Made by a program: the position numbers and the translations under genes. A stretch of DNA of 64,000 nucleotides. Source: Bacteroidales bacterium. GTDB lineage: Bacteria > Bacteroidota > Bacteroidia > Bacteroidales > Lentimicrobiaceae. Positions 19,735-30,524 of the stretch are shown piece after piece. A model generated the notes under the pieces. That model made no database searches, was not told the origin of the DNA, and saw only the letters and a list, made by a program, of their open reading frames with translations. How positions within the stretch are numbered: position 1 is the stretch's first letter; the number at the start of each line of letters is the position of its first letter. Where the stretch lies: assembly GCA_038317155.1 (NCBI GenBank), contig JBBQBC010000001.1, positions 20,531-84,530 of the forward strand, written 5' to 3'.

Positions 19735-21573
19735 TTATTCCACCGTCACACTCTTCGCCAGATTACGGGGCTGGTCAACATTACAACCTCGCATAACTGC
19801 AATCTGATATGCCAGCAACTGCAACGGGATAGTAGCAATCAGCGGAACCAACATTTCTTCTGTCTCAGGTACTTCAATAATATGGTCAGCCAGGGCTTTT
19901 ACGGTTTCGTCCCCTTCGGTTACAATGGCTATAATTTTACCTTTGCGCGCCTTTACCTCCTGAATATTGGAAACAACTTTATCATAGGTGCCTTTGTTTG
20001 TGGCTACTATAACGACCGGCATCTCTTCGTCAATCAGGGCAATCGGGCCATGTTTCATTTCAGCAGCCGGATATCCTTCAGCATGTATGTATGAGATTTC
20101 TTTCAGCTTGAGGGCACCCTCCATGGCTACCGGGAAATTATATCCTCTTCCGAGGTAGAGGGCGTTGGTTGAATCTTTAAAGATTTTGGCAATTTCGATC
20201 ACCTTGTCGTTAACTTCGAGTGTTTTCCTTACCTTTTCAGGAATGGCATCGAGTTCGTTGATAATCTGATGGTATCTTGACTTTGAAATAGTTCCCTTTC
20301 GGTCGGCGATCATCAGTGCCATAAGGGTAAGCAATGTTACCTGCGCGGTAAATGCCTTTGTCGAAGCTACCCCGATTTCGGGGCCGGCATGGGTGTAAGA
20401 ACCAGCATGGGTTGCCCTGGCAATGGATGATCCGACTACGTTACAAATCCCTATAATAGTGGCGCCTTTCGATTTGGCAAGTTCAATGGCAGCGAGTGTG
20501 TCTGCAGTTTCTCCGGATTGCGAGATGGCTATAACCACATCATCTTCGTAGATAATCGGATTACGATAACGAAATTCAGAAGCATATTCGACTTCAACCG
20601 GAATTCTTGCAAGTTCTTCGAGCAGGTATTCACCTACCAGGCCGGCATGCCATGAAGTACCACAGGCCACGATGATTATTCGTTTGGCAGCAATCAATTT
20701 CTGCTGGTATTCTATAATTCCACCCAGCGATACTATCCCGCTTTTGACATTCAGCCTACCGCGCATACTATCGCGGATTGATCTCGGCTGTTCATAAATT
20801 TCCTTGAGCATAAAATGCTCGTAACCCTCTTTTTCGAGTTCGCTCAGGTTGATTTCAAGCGTCTGTACGTAAGGTGTTTTCTCAATATTACCAATGGTCC
20901 TGATTTTCAATTCATGATCGCGCCTGAGAATGGCGATCTCTTCATTGTTCAGGTACACGACTTCACGGGTATATTCCACGATCGGGGTTGCATCAGAAGC
21001 AACAAAGAACTCTCCATCGCCAATGCCCACAACCAGCGGGCTGCCTTTGCGGGCAACGATGAGGGTGTTCGGGTCATTCTTATCAATAACTACTATAGCA
21101 TAAGCTCCAACTACCTGGTTGAGTGCAATCTGCACAGCCTCGGAAAGAGGAACATGCTCATTCAGTTGAATATCCTCAATCAAATGGATCAACACCTCTG
21201 TATCAGTCTCGCTTGTAAAAGAGTAACCGCGTTTTAATAATTCGGATTTAAGAGGGGCATAATTTTCAATGATCCCGTTGTGAATAATGGCCAGGTCTTT
21301 AGAATAGGAAAAATGAGGGTGCGCATTTACATCATTTGGTTCACCGTGGGTTGCCCAACGGGTGTGTGCAATTCCAATGGTACCTGAGAGGTCTTTCCCC
21401 TCAACCAATTTTTCAAGATCACAAACCTTGCCTTTACTTTTAAATAGCTTCAATTCAGCGTTTAAAATTGCCACGCCGGCACTGTCATAACCACGATATT
21501 CGAGCCGGTGAAGGCCTTTAATGAGTATAGGGTATGCCTGTCTGGGGCCTATGTAAGCTACAATTCCACACAT
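19735..21573 (-). CDS. glmS: glutamine--fructose-6-phosphate aminotransferase
   Basis: MCGIV, LEYRGYDSAG, HTRWATHG, SQSGETADT, PRNLAKSVTVE. Confidence 0.98.
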   Translation of the reverse strand: MCGIVAYIGPRQAYPILIKGLHRLEYRGYDSAGVAILNAELKLFKSKGKVCDLEKLVEGKDLSGTIGIAHTRWATHGEPNDVNAHPHFSYSKDLAIIHNGIIENYAPLKSELLKRGYSFTSETDTEVLIHLIEDIQLNEHVPLSEAVQIALNQVVGAYAIVVIDKNDPNTLIVARKGSPLVVGIGDGEFFVASDATPIVEYTREVVYLNNEEIAILRRDHELKIRTIGNIEKTPYVQTLEINLSELEKEGYEHFMLKEIYEQPRSIRDSMRGRLNVKSGIVSLGGIIEYQQKLIAAKRIIIVACGTSWHAGLVGEYLLEELARIPVEVEYASEFRYRNPIIYEDDVVIAISQSGETADTLAAIELAKSKGATIIGICNVVGSSIARATHAGSYTHAGPEIGVASTKAFTAQVTLLTLMALMIADRKGTISKSRYHQIINELDAIPEKVRKTLEVNDKVIEIAKIFKDSTNALYLGRGYNFPVAMEGALKLKEISYIHAEGYPAAEMKHGPIALIDEEMPVVIVATNKGTYDKVVSNIQEVKARKGKIIAIVTEGDETVKALADHIIEVPETEEMLVPLIATIPLQLLAYQIAVMRGCNVDQPRNLAKSVTVE

Positions 21574-21755
21574 ATATTTATAAAATTAGTGCTCTGTTAA
21601 AAAAGTAAATTTTGATTTAAAGATTTACATGTTCTTCCGTTAAGTTGCAGGGCTTTTACCTGCACCACTCAATTGGTTTATGCAAAGATAGTCTTAAAGT
21701 AATCCGGATAAGCCGGTTTTATTTGGTATTTTAGATACGTAAACAGGCTAAGTGC

Positions 21756-23060
21756 TTAGTCAACAAGTGTATAGTAGATCAGAAGTCGCATTCTTTTTTC
21801 GTTGGTACCGGGTCCGTTTAAAATAACCCTGTTTCCGCTCAGAGATGAACCATAGCCCAATAACATCAGGCCATAATCGGGATTATCAGGATTCAGAAGC
21901 CTGTCCTGGACATACCTTGTAATCCTGAAATGGTATTCTTTGCCCGATCTTGATTTCCCGTCAAGAAATGTTAACCCTTCATTCTCATCAGGCAAAGAAG
22001 TCAGGGTTCCACTTTCTGTGATCTTCTTCAGAGCAATCTGGCCGGGAACATCGTAAGTTCCGGAAGTGTCTTGAACGCTCACAATTAACACGGCCTCATT
22101 TACAGCAATGCGCTTGTTGGCTGCCAGTGCTTTCAGGTAAGGAATCCTGAGTTTAACTTTTGCACCGGCCATGGCCTGAATAAACAACCGTTGGCTACCG
22201 GGCAGGGTATCTCCGTTAAATTGTTGCAATAACATCGGATCAGCACCAGTATAGTTGTTGTGATCGTAATGATTGAACCGGGCACTTAATGAACCTATCG
22301 GAAAATTTATGCTGGTAGTATCTGTGGAGTTGTGGTAATAAAGTTTCAAACGTGAAACAGCATCCAGAAGGTTTAAATACAGGATTGATCCTGTGCCCTG
22401 TGTTGTTGCAGATTCAGAAGTGATAAACAGTCCTTTAAAGATTTTCTTAAAATTTTCGTTGTTTTTAAGGGTAGTCGTATCTGCCGTCAAAATTTTATTG
22501 GCAAATGCCTGAGAAAGAACTATCCTCATATGTGGAGGCATATAGTCGCCATTTACCGAATCAGCTTTTTTAAAATTGGGTACAAAAGTAGCTTCTCCGA
22601 TCAGTTCAGGCAGGGTGGGAATTGTCTGAAATGAGTAGTAGCTTGAGTCAAAGTTCAGCGTATCGGCCATCTCGTAAACGCGGATGGTTTTAGAGGCCAG
22701 TGAATCGCCGTAAACACCTTTGTATGTAAAACTGAGTACCATCGAATCGGCGACAGCGTTTGTGCCAAACGAAACATTATTTTTCGATAACCTGTATTGT
22801 GTATAGATAGAGGCAGTGGTAGTCCCGAAAACCGGATCTGCGATACTTCCGAGAAGATTGACCGACAATTCATCTGTGCGCAGGGAATCTTCCCGTAAAG
22901 TGTAGGCCACAAGGGTTGAAGAATCGAAGAAATCAATGTTTAATCGTTCGCCTGGTGTGAGTAATCCAAGTCCGATCAGATCGGGTTCTTTTTGACAAGA
23001 GATAGTAGCAATGCCAAGAACTGCGAACAGGCAGTAAAATAGGAATCTGTTTTTCAGCAC
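21756..23060 (-). CDS. DUF4270 family lipoprotein
   Basis: Lipobox ISC; conserved position between the GT5 gene and glmS in Bacteroidota. Confidence 0.75.
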   Translation of the reverse strand: MLKNRFLFYCLFAVLGIATISCQKEPDLIGLGLLTPGERLNIDFFDSSTLVAYTLREDSLRTDELSVNLLGSIADPVFGTTTASIYTQYRLSKNNVSFGTNAVADSMVLSFTYKGVYGDSLASKTIRVYEMADTLNFDSSYYSFQTIPTLPELIGEATFVPNFKKADSVNGDYMPPHMRIVLSQAFANKILTADTTTLKNNENFKKIFKGLFITSESATTQGTGSILYLNLLDAVSRLKLYYHNSTDTTSINFPIGSLSARFNHYDHNNYTGADPMLLQQFNGDTLPGSQRLFIQAMAGAKVKLRIPYLKALAANKRIAVNEAVLIVSVQDTSGTYDVPGQIALKKITESGTLTSLPDENEGLTFLDGKSRSGKEYHFRITRYVQDRLLNPDNPDYGLMLLGYGSSLSGNRVILNGPGTNEKRMRLLIYYTLVD

Positions 23061-23106
23061 GTTAATAAAAATTACAGCGTAATTACCAGTGATGCAAGAT
23101 TAATGC

Positions 23107-23934
23107 TTATTCTGCTCCGACCGGCTGGGAATTCAGTATTTTATCATAAAAATTGTTATAAGCATCCACAAACCTGTCAAGTGGTTGGTATGGCAACATC
23201 GGTTTGCCGGATTCATTGGCATAATCGAGCAATTCCTGATTAACAGTTTCGCTGCCGATAATCACACCTTCCGAAAAGTCGATGGCTGCTTTCATCATAT
23301 TAACGTAAGTGGGCTTCTTATAGTGTTTAAGGTCTTTATTTGTAATTCCATCAAGTTTGATGTTGTTGCCAAATTCCTTATTGAAAGATTCCTCAAAATC
23401 GTCGTCATAAATTGAAACCACAATCCGGGTATCGGTAAATAGCGGATTGTCGCGGTAAGCCCTTTTGATGTAAAGCGGAACGAGACTGGTCATCCAACCG
23501 TGGCAATGCACCAGGTCGGGAGCCCATCCCAGTTTTTTAACCGTTTCGATGACCCCGCGTGAAAAGAAAATTGCCCGTTCTTCATTGTCCTTGTAAAATT
23601 TATTGTTTTTATCGCGGAACATGTATTTTCGCTGAAAATAATCATCGTTGTCGATAAAGTAAATTTGCATTCTGGCCGATTGAATGGAGGCGACCTTGAT
23701 GATGAGCGGATGATCGGTATCATCTATAATTAGATTCATCCCCGATAAGCGGATAACCTCGTGCAACTGATTCCGGCGTTCGTTAATATGCCCGAACCTG
23801 GGCATAAAGGTGCGTATTTCGCGTCCTCTCTCTTGTATTCCCTGGGGCAGGTGTCTGCCTATATAGCCCATCTGGCTGTCCTTCAGGTAGGGTATAATCT
23901 CCTGAGAAACAAACAGTATCCTGGTTTTTTCCAT
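23107..23934 (-). CDS. glycogen/starch synthase-like GT5 N-terminal domain protein
   Basis: FMPRFGHINERRNQLHEVIRLSGMN, PDLVHCHGW. Confidence 0.85.
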   Translation of the reverse strand: MEKTRILFVSQEIIPYLKDSQMGYIGRHLPQGIQERGREIRTFMPRFGHINERRNQLHEVIRLSGMNLIIDDTDHPLIIKVASIQSARMQIYFIDNDDYFQRKYMFRDKNNKFYKDNEERAIFFSRGVIETVKKLGWAPDLVHCHGWMTSLVPLYIKRAYRDNPLFTDTRIVVSIYDDDFEESFNKEFGNNIKLDGITNKDLKHYKKPTYVNMMKAAIDFSEGVIIGSETVNQELLDYANESGKPMLPYQPLDRFVDAYNNFYDKILNSQPVGAE

Positions 23935-24156
23935 AGCTTTCCGGTAACTTAAGCGAATAAAGTGCAAAATTAGCGAAATTTATGCAAACTTTTACCAGTC
24001 GGACTTTTTACAGGCTTGTTAATCAGTATAAAACAATTTATTACCTCTTCCTATTTGAAAACAAAAATATTTTTACACTTTGAATCCCAATAGGTTAAAA
24101 GAGTTCTCTGAAAAATCTCAGGTTATCCGGTACCTGAAAAATTTATTTTATTCCAT

Positions 24157-24170
24157 CGCAAACGTTTGCG
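24157..24170. promoter_or_regulatory. LacI-family-like operator palindrome
   Basis: Perfect palindrome CGCAAACGTTTGCG in a divergent intergenic region. Confidence 0.5.
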
Positions 24171-24183
24171 CTGATCAAATAGC

Positions 24184-24206
24184 TTATTTATAACGATTCT
24201 AAGTTA
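24184..24206. promoter_or_regulatory. AT-rich imperfect palindrome resembling a Fur/PerR-type box
   Basis: TTATTTATAACGATTCTAAGTTA upstream of an Fe-S enzyme gene. Confidence 0.35.
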
Positions 24207-24287
24207 ATTAGTTGAAAATGACTGCATAAGGGCGTAAAAATATCTTGAAAAATTCGCTCAGAAATTACCCGGCATACTAAATAGTTA

Positions 24288-24295
24288 TAAATTTG
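24288..24295 (+). promoter_or_regulatory. -7 promoter box
   Basis: TAAATTTG upstream of 24365. Confidence 0.55.
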
Positions 24296-24364
24296 CGGCG
24301 CCATAAAAGCATTAATTTTTTTTGATTTTCAAGGAACTGGCGTTTAACTTAGAAACTATTGATA

Positions 24365-27300
24365 ATGAATAAAATTGAGAGTCATCCTATACTTGAAATA
24401 ATCCCTGCTGAAAAAGTTACCTTTACCTTCGAGGGAAAGAAAATTTCCGGTGAAAAGGGATTTACCATTGCGGCAGCACTGCATCAGGCCGGCTTCCCGG
24501 TTCACAGCCACAGCCTTCGCAACCGCGAACGCAGCCTTGAATGTGGTATTGGCAAATGCGGCGCCTGCGAAATGCTTGTTGACGGACAGATAAAAAGAAT
24601 CTGCATCACCACCGTTGATGGCATAAAGGAAGTTAAAGAGATCCCGCATGATTTTGCACCATCATTAAGGGAGCCTGATAAGAAATCATCTACCCGGGTT
24701 TATAAAACGGTGGTGGCCATCATCGGCGCTGGTCCTGCAGGTCTAGCTGCCCGCGAAGAGCTGAAAAGACATGGGGTTGACAATATCGTCATAGATAACA
24801 ACGATCGCATTGGCGGACAGTTTCTTATGCAAACCCACCAGTTTTTTTTCTTTGAGAAAGAGCAGAAATTCGGGGGAATGCGGGGTTTCGATATTGCCAA
24901 AACCCTTGCCGGGGATGATCATTCAGGAATCTTCCTCAACTCAACTGTTTGGGATCTCCTCGAAGGCAAACGCATCGCGGTTAAAAATATAAAGACCGAA
25001 GAAATATACTACGTTGATGCAGAGTATCTGGTTATTGCCACGGGTGCAGTGCCTTTTATGCCGGCATTTGAAAACGATGACCTGCCAGGCGTTTATACAG
25101 CTGCAGTTGTCCAGAAAATGATGAACACCGAGTTTACACTGCTTGGCAAAAATGTGCTCACGGTTGGAGCAGGAAACATTGGTTACCTGACTTCTTACCA
25201 ATTGATGCAGGCCGGAGCCAGGGTAAAAGCAATTATTGAGGCACAAGATCACGAAGGCGGGTTCCCCGTGCAGGCCAACCGGGTTCGCCGGCTTGGGATT
25301 CCGGTCATTCTTTCACACATTCTGCTAAAAGCAATTCCCAACGAAAATCACGACGGCATCATTGGTGCGGTTGTGGCAGAATGTGAAAATTTTCAGCCTG
25401 TTCCGGGCACAGAGAAAGTAATCAGCGGCATTGATGCCATAAATATCTGCACGGGACTGGTTTCGGACGACCAGCTGCTGATTAAAGGGAACGAAGTTTT
25501 TGGGCGTAACTGCTTTGGTGCCGGCGATGCCATCCGCATTGGCGAAGGCACCAGCGCGGTGTTGCGGGGCAAGCAGGTGGCTTTCGAGATTATGAACGAA
25601 ATAGGCACCCGCTTCAGCTACGATGAATTCTTAAACCTGTCGAAAGAATATATAGATTCGCAGCAACATCCGCTCAGGGTAATTGAAAAACCCTTCGAAC
25701 CAACACCTGAAAGAATGGGCCAGAAGCCCTTTGTTCAGATTGACTGCCTTTATGGATTTGCCTGCAATCCCTGCGAATTTGCCTGCCCTCATGGCGCCAT
25801 AACAAAAACATCAACCAGTACAGTGCCCCATATCGATTTTGATAAGTGTATTGGCTGTATGGATTGCGTTTACCAGTGCCCTGGGCTGGCGATATTCGGC
25901 TATCACCCCGGTAAAGACTGGCTTTTTCTGCCGATAGAATACCCGGTCAATGAAAAGGCTGAAGTTTTTCTGGTTGACAACAACGGGAAAATATTGGGTG
26001 AAGGAATAATTGAGAAAATTCTTAAAAAACCCAATAAAACCAATATTGCCAGGGTAAAAGCCTTAAACATTCACGGGAACGAACTGGTTAATGCCAGGGG
26101 ATTTATTGTTAAGGAAAATTTTCCTGAACCAATCGTAATGACACCGGTTGAATACAGCAAAGAGGCTGAAATGTATGTTTGTCATTGCGATGATGTTACC
26201 CTTGGTGAAATATTGGATACCATTGGCGACCGGAAGTTTATTTCGGTGGATGAGGTTAAGCATACCACCCGGCTTGGCATGGGTGCCTGCAGGGGTAAAC
26301 GTTGCATTCCGCGGCTGAAACAAACCCTTCGCAAATATGATATTACAGTTGTTGGTGATGCAACACCGCGTGGACCTTTATCAAACCAGTTGTCGATGGG
26401 CGAACTTTATCCCCGCGATGTTCATGAAGAGATCTTTATAAACGGTATTGGAGGCAAACCAAAGGTTGTTAAAGTCAAATCGCTGGTTGCCGGTGGAGGT
26501 ATCGGAGGATCGGCTTTATTCAGATACCTGTCCGAAGCCGGTGAACAACCGGTACTGATCAACTCGGGTCGTGGCGCATCGTGGCGAAACATAGCAGGAG
26601 GTCGGCCGGCCTTCAGTTTGCCTGAAATTGCCGATATAGCCCGTCACAACCTTGAATTATTTAAGGAACTTCAGCAGAAACAGGATGTTAATTTCAGGCA
26701 GATCAACTATGTGACATTTGCCCACGATGAAGCCATGTTTCAAACGCTGGAGCAATCAAGGTCGTGGTCGGATGCTTATATGGTAGAGCCAAAAGATTAT
26801 GCCAAAGAAATTTCCGCTTTTATTAACCCGAACCTTGATACATATCTCGGGGCACTCATAAGCCGCGATTGCTGGCAGGCAACCCCCGGCCGGGTAATTG
26901 ACCTTATCCGCAGACTGGGCATCCAAAGCGGGGGAATGGTAATGGAAGACTGCAAACTGATTGATGTCCGCCGCGACGGAGATCTTTACCACATTCTGGT
27001 TCAGGATCACGAAAAGCAATATATTGAATACCAGACCGAAGTTTTTATCAACGCATTGGGGCCTGAAGCAGCAAAATATGCCGGGATGCTGGGAATCGAA
27101 ACAGGCATGTATCCTGTGAAACATCAGGCATTTATTTCACGTCGCTTACCGATGATGGGTCTCAATGGGCGACCACTCGATATGATCATCGACCGGCGCA
27201 AATACAAGGGCTTTGTTGCCGTATATGGCCAGCAACTGGCCGAAACCGGGCAGATTATCGGGTGCGCTTCCCCGGCAGTTGAACCTATGGAGGCTGATAA

Positions 27301-27598
27301 AAATCTGAAAATAAACTCACAGCATTTCCTTGAAATTGCTTCGGAAGTATTTGTAAGCTGGTTTCCCAACCTTTCTTCCGTTGGGTTTCAGGCGGTATGG
27401 GCCGGTTATTATGTTGAACCGCGAATGATTATTGATCCTGATCTGGGCTTGTTTGTCGGGCTGCGTGGCCAAGGCTTTATGCTCGGGCAATACCTTGCCA
27501 AAATGTATGTTGATAAACTGATGGGGAAACCATTTCCTTCTTATTTCGACAGACTAAAACTAAGTGGCGATGGATTGCCGGAAAAGGCATTCAAGTAG
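24365..27598 (+). CDS. fused Fe-S/FAD oxidoreductase (2Fe-2S + pyridine-nucleotide oxidoreductase + 2x4Fe-4S + BFD-like 2Fe-2S + DAO-family), resembling proline dehydrogenase, sarcosine oxidase or HcnABC subunits
   Basis: CGIGKCGAC...C; GAGPAG; CNPCEFACP and CIGCMDCVYQCP; CHC...GACRGKRC; GGGIGG; GQGFMLG. Confidence 0.85.
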   Translation: MNKIESHPILEIIPAEKVTFTFEGKKISGEKGFTIAAALHQAGFPVHSHSLRNRERSLECGIGKCGACEMLVDGQIKRICITTVDGIKEVKEIPHDFAPSLREPDKKSSTRVYKTVVAIIGAGPAGLAAREELKRHGVDNIVIDNNDRIGGQFLMQTHQFFFFEKEQKFGGMRGFDIAKTLAGDDHSGIFLNSTVWDLLEGKRIAVKNIKTEEIYYVDAEYLVIATGAVPFMPAFENDDLPGVYTAAVVQKMMNTEFTLLGKNVLTVGAGNIGYLTSYQLMQAGARVKAIIEAQDHEGGFPVQANRVRRLGIPVILSHILLKAIPNENHDGIIGAVVAECENFQPVPGTEKVISGIDAINICTGLVSDDQLLIKGNEVFGRNCFGAGDAIRIGEGTSAVLRGKQVAFEIMNEIGTRFSYDEFLNLSKEYIDSQQHPLRVIEKPFEPTPERMGQKPFVQIDCLYGFACNPCEFACPHGAITKTSTSTVPHIDFDKCIGCMDCVYQCPGLAIFGYHPGKDWLFLPIEYPVNEKAEVFLVDNNGKILGEGIIEKILKKPNKTNIARVKALNIHGNELVNARGFIVKENFPEPIVMTPVEYSKEAEMYVCHCDDVTLGEILDTIGDRKFISVDEVKHTTRLGMGACRGKRCIPRLKQTLRKYDITVVGDATPRGPLSNQLSMGELYPRDVHEEIFINGIGGKPKVVKVKSLVAGGGIGGSALFRYLSEAGEQPVLINSGRGASWRNIAGGRPAFSLPEIADIARHNLELFKELQQKQDVNFRQINYVTFAHDEAMFQTLEQSRSWSDAYMVEPKDYAKEISAFINPNLDTYLGALISRDCWQATPGRVIDLIRRLGIQSGGMVMEDCKLIDVRRDGDLYHILVQDHEKQYIEYQTEVFINALGPEAAKYAGMLGIETGMYPVKHQAFISRRLPMMGLNGRPLDMIIDRRKYKGFVAVYGQQLAETGQIIGCASPAVEPMEADKNLKINSQHFLEIASEVFVSWFPNLSSVGFQAVWAGYYVEPRMIIDPDLGLFVGLRGQGFMLGQYLAKMYVDKLMGKPFPSYFDRLKLSGDGLPEKAFK

Positions 27599-27720
27599 GT
27601 TTTTTGTTGAATACTGCTTTCTCAGTGATAAAAGCCCGAAAATCGTTTATTAACAAGTAGTTCGGTCCAGGGGCGAAAGTCGGGGTTGAAGAAATATTTG
27701 TTAATAACAATATTAATTTC

Positions 27721-27728
27721 TACTTTTG
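27721..27728 (+). promoter_or_regulatory. -7 promoter box of the yceD-rpmF operon
   Basis: TACTTTTG. Confidence 0.5.
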
Positions 27729-27757
27729 CACCCCTTAAACCTGAAACAACTTTGACC

Positions 27758-28276
27758 GTGGATTACCTGAGGCAATTTGTAATCCCATTTATAGGATTAA
27801 CCACTGGAAATCATCAGTTTGAGTTTGAAATTGATGATAAGTTCTTTGCATCTTTTGAGTACTCGGAAATTAAACAAGCATGGGTATCAGTCAGTCTTGA
27901 CCTGGAAAGACAGGAGAGAATGCTGGTGCTGAATTTTTTGCTTTCGGGCACAATCAGGGTTACCTGCGACCGCTGTCTTGATGAGTTTGATTTGCCCGTG
28001 AAATCCGCAGAAGAGTTTTTTATCAAATTTGGCCCTGAACACAAGGAAGAGAGTGATAATGTGCTGATTATTGCCGAAAACGAAACGCATATTGACCTTG
28101 CTCCGCTGCTTTACGACTATTTAAGCCTTCTGGTGCCTTTCAGGGTTGTGCATCCTGACAACGACAAAGGCGAAAGTCTTTGCGATCCGGAGGTACTCAA
28201 AAGAATAGAACAATTATCCGTGCACAAGGAAAAGGATCCCAGATGGGATGCGTTGAAAGACCTGAATCTTGAATAA
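27758..28276 (+). CDS. yceD: DUF177/YceD family protein
   Basis: CDRCLD and DPRWDALK; directly upstream of rpmF; GTG start inferred. Confidence 0.85.
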   Translation: MDYLRQFVIPFIGLTTGNHQFEFEIDDKFFASFEYSEIKQAWVSVSLDLERQERMLVLNFLLSGTIRVTCDRCLDEFDLPVKSAEEFFIKFGPEHKEESDNVLIIAENETHIDLAPLLYDYLSLLVPFRVVHPDNDKGESLCDPEVLKRIEQLSVHKEKDPRWDALKDLNLE

Positions 28277-28303
28277 ATATTAACCAAAATAAAGTTTTAA
28301 GCA

Positions 28304-28489
28304 ATGCCAAATCCAAAACATAGGTTTTCAAAAACCAGGACAGCTAAAAGAAGAACCCATTATAAAGCAGTTGCCCCAACCATCAGCACCTGCTCTAATT
28401 GCAATGCATCGGTGCTATATCACAGGGTTTGCTCAGAGTGTGGCTATTACAAGGGGAAGCTTGCAATTGAAAAAGTTGCTACAGCATAA
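28304..28489 (+). CDS. rpmF: 50S ribosomal protein L32
   Basis: MPNPKHRFSKTRTAKRRTH, CSNC...HRVCSECGYY. Confidence 0.97.
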   Translation: MPNPKHRFSKTRTAKRRTHYKAVAPTISTCSNCNASVLYHRVCSECGYYKGKLAIEKVATA

Positions 28490-28535
28490 TCGCCTGCGTT
28501 TTGCAAACATGCTCTAATAAACTAAACAAAGTCAG

Positions 28536-29498
28536 ATGAAAATCGGACTCGATGTTATGGGTGGCGATTTTGCCCCTGGTGCTACTGTATCCGGGGCAAT
28601 ATTGGCAAGGAAGGTATTATCATCTTCTGATCAGATCGTGCTGTTTGGCGACAAAGAAGTTATACTTTCTGAGTTGTTACGGATTGGTGCTGATCCGGCT
28701 GATTTTGTAATTGTTCATACCACTGAAGTAATCGGAATGGGCGAACATCCGACCCATGCTATCATCCGTAAACCTGATTCAAGCATTAGTATTGGCTTCA
28801 AGTACCTGAAGAACAAAAAAATTGATGCATTCGCCAGTGCAGGAAGCAGTGGAGCTATGTTGGTTGGTGCCATTTACAGTGTAAACAATATACAAGGTGT
28901 AATCAGGCCTTGTACTTCTGCTGTTTTACCCCAGGAAAACAGTGGGCTGAGCCTGTTACTCGATGTTGGTACCAATCCCGATGCAAAGCCAGACGTAATG
29001 TTTCAGTTCGGGCTATTAGGGTCAATTATGGCCCAAAATGTCTATAAAATAATCAATCCAAGGGTCGCTCTGCTCAACATTGGCCATGAAGAAGGAAAAG
29101 GTAACCTGTTAAGTCAGGCAACTTACCAGTTGATGAAGCAGACGAAAGATTTTAATTTCATTGGCAATATTGAAAGCCGCGATCTGCTGCGCAATAAGGC
29201 TGATGTGATTGTTTGCGATGGCTTTACCGGCAACATTGTCCTGAAAAATATCGAAGGCATGTTCAGGATTATAATGAAGCGTGGATTGGCTGACGACTAT
29301 TTTACCCGTTTCAACTATGAAAACTATGGCGGAACCCCGATACTTGGGATTAATTCAACGGTTATTGTAGGGCACGGAATTTCTAACGATGTCGCTATTA
29401 AAAACATGCTGATGCTCGCCCGTGAAGTCACTCAGGCCCGGCTTTCACGAAAAATCAAACTTGCCCTGTCTCATTTGCCCGCTATAATGAGAGATTAA
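28536..29498 (+). CDS. plsX: phosphate acyltransferase PlsX
   Basis: [30 protein letters not shown]. Confidence 0.95.
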   Translation: MKIGLDVMGGDFAPGATVSGAILARKVLSSSDQIVLFGDKEVILSELLRIGADPADFVIVHTTEVIGMGEHPTHAIIRKPDSSISIGFKYLKNKKIDAFASAGSSGAMLVGAIYSVNNIQGVIRPCTSAVLPQENSGLSLLLDVGTNPDAKPDVMFQFGLLGSIMAQNVYKIINPRVALLNIGHEEGKGNLLSQATYQLMKQTKDFNFIGNIESRDLLRNKADVIVCDGFTGNIVLKNIEGMFRIIMKRGLADDYFTRFNYENYGGTPILGINSTVIVGHGISNDVAIKNMLMLAREVTQARLSRKIKLALSHLPAIMRD

Positions 29499-29523
29499 AT
29501 CAATTTTTTCACTGAGAAACCTG

Positions 29524-30510
29524 ATGAAAAAAATAAAAGCTGCAATTACCGGTGTAGGAGGATATGTCCCAGACTATATTCTGACCAATGAAGAATTAAG
29601 CAGGATGGTTGATACTTCTGATGAATGGATTATGACCCGCATCGGGATTAAAGAACGCCATATTTTGAAGGGAGAAGGGAAAGCCACTTCGGATATGGGC
29701 GCTGAAGCTGTAAAACAACTTCTTGCCAAAACCAATACCAGGCCAGAGGAAATTGATTTGATTATCTGTGCCGTAGTCACTCCTGACATGCTTTTTCCGG
29801 CCACTGCCAACATCATTGCCGACAAGTGTGAAATCCGCAATGCTTTTGGCTTTGATATGAATGCCGGATGTTCCAGCTTTCTTTATGCCCTAACTACCGC
29901 ATCAAAGTTTATTGAATCCGGTTCGAACAAAAAAGTAATTGTTGTGGGTGCCGATAAAATGTCGGCAATCGTTGACTATACGGACCGGGGAACCTGTCCG
30001 ATTTTTGGGGATGGCGCCGCTGCAGTGTTGCTGGAGCCGACTACGGATGATAACGGGATTATCGATGCTATCCTGCAAAGTGATGGCAGCGGACGGATGT
30101 ATCTTCATCAAAAAGCGGGCGGCTCGCTTAAACCACCCACACACGACACTATTGAAGCCCGCGAACATTATATTTACCAGGAAGGCCAACCGGTATTCAA
30201 ATGGGCCGTGTCAAAAATGGCCGATGTTTCTGTTGAAATGATGGAACGCCATGGCATTACCCCTGAAAAACTTACCTGGTTGGTTCCGCATCAGGCCAAT
30301 ATGCGTATTATTGATGCGACAGCCAACCGCATGGGAATTAGCAGGGAGCGGGTTATGATCAATATTCAGCGCTATGGCAATACAACCTCCGCCACGCTGC
30401 CGTTGTGCCTGTGGGATTGGGAAAGCCAATTACGCAAAGGCGATAATCTTATTCTGTCTGCTTTCGGTGCCGGATTTACCTGGGGTGCCATCTATCTGAA
30501 GTGGGCTTAA
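29524..30510 (+). CDS. fabH: 3-oxoacyl-ACP synthase III
   Basis: [30 protein letters not shown]. Confidence 0.97.
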   Translation: MKKIKAAITGVGGYVPDYILTNEELSRMVDTSDEWIMTRIGIKERHILKGEGKATSDMGAEAVKQLLAKTNTRPEEIDLIICAVVTPDMLFPATANIIADKCEIRNAFGFDMNAGCSSFLYALTTASKFIESGSNKKVIVVGADKMSAIVDYTDRGTCPIFGDGAAAVLLEPTTDDNGIIDAILQSDGSGRMYLHQKAGGSLKPPTHDTIEAREHYIYQEGQPVFKWAVSKMADVSVEMMERHGITPEKLTWLVPHQANMRIIDATANRMGISRERVMINIQRYGNTTSATLPLCLWDWESQLRKGDNLILSAFGAGFTWGAIYLKWA

Positions 30511-30524
30511 GTTGGGGAGGAAGT

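Noticed and set aside
21574-21755. glmS ribozyme upstream of glmS
   Set aside because: Only a short hairpin is visible and no ribozyme core was recognised.
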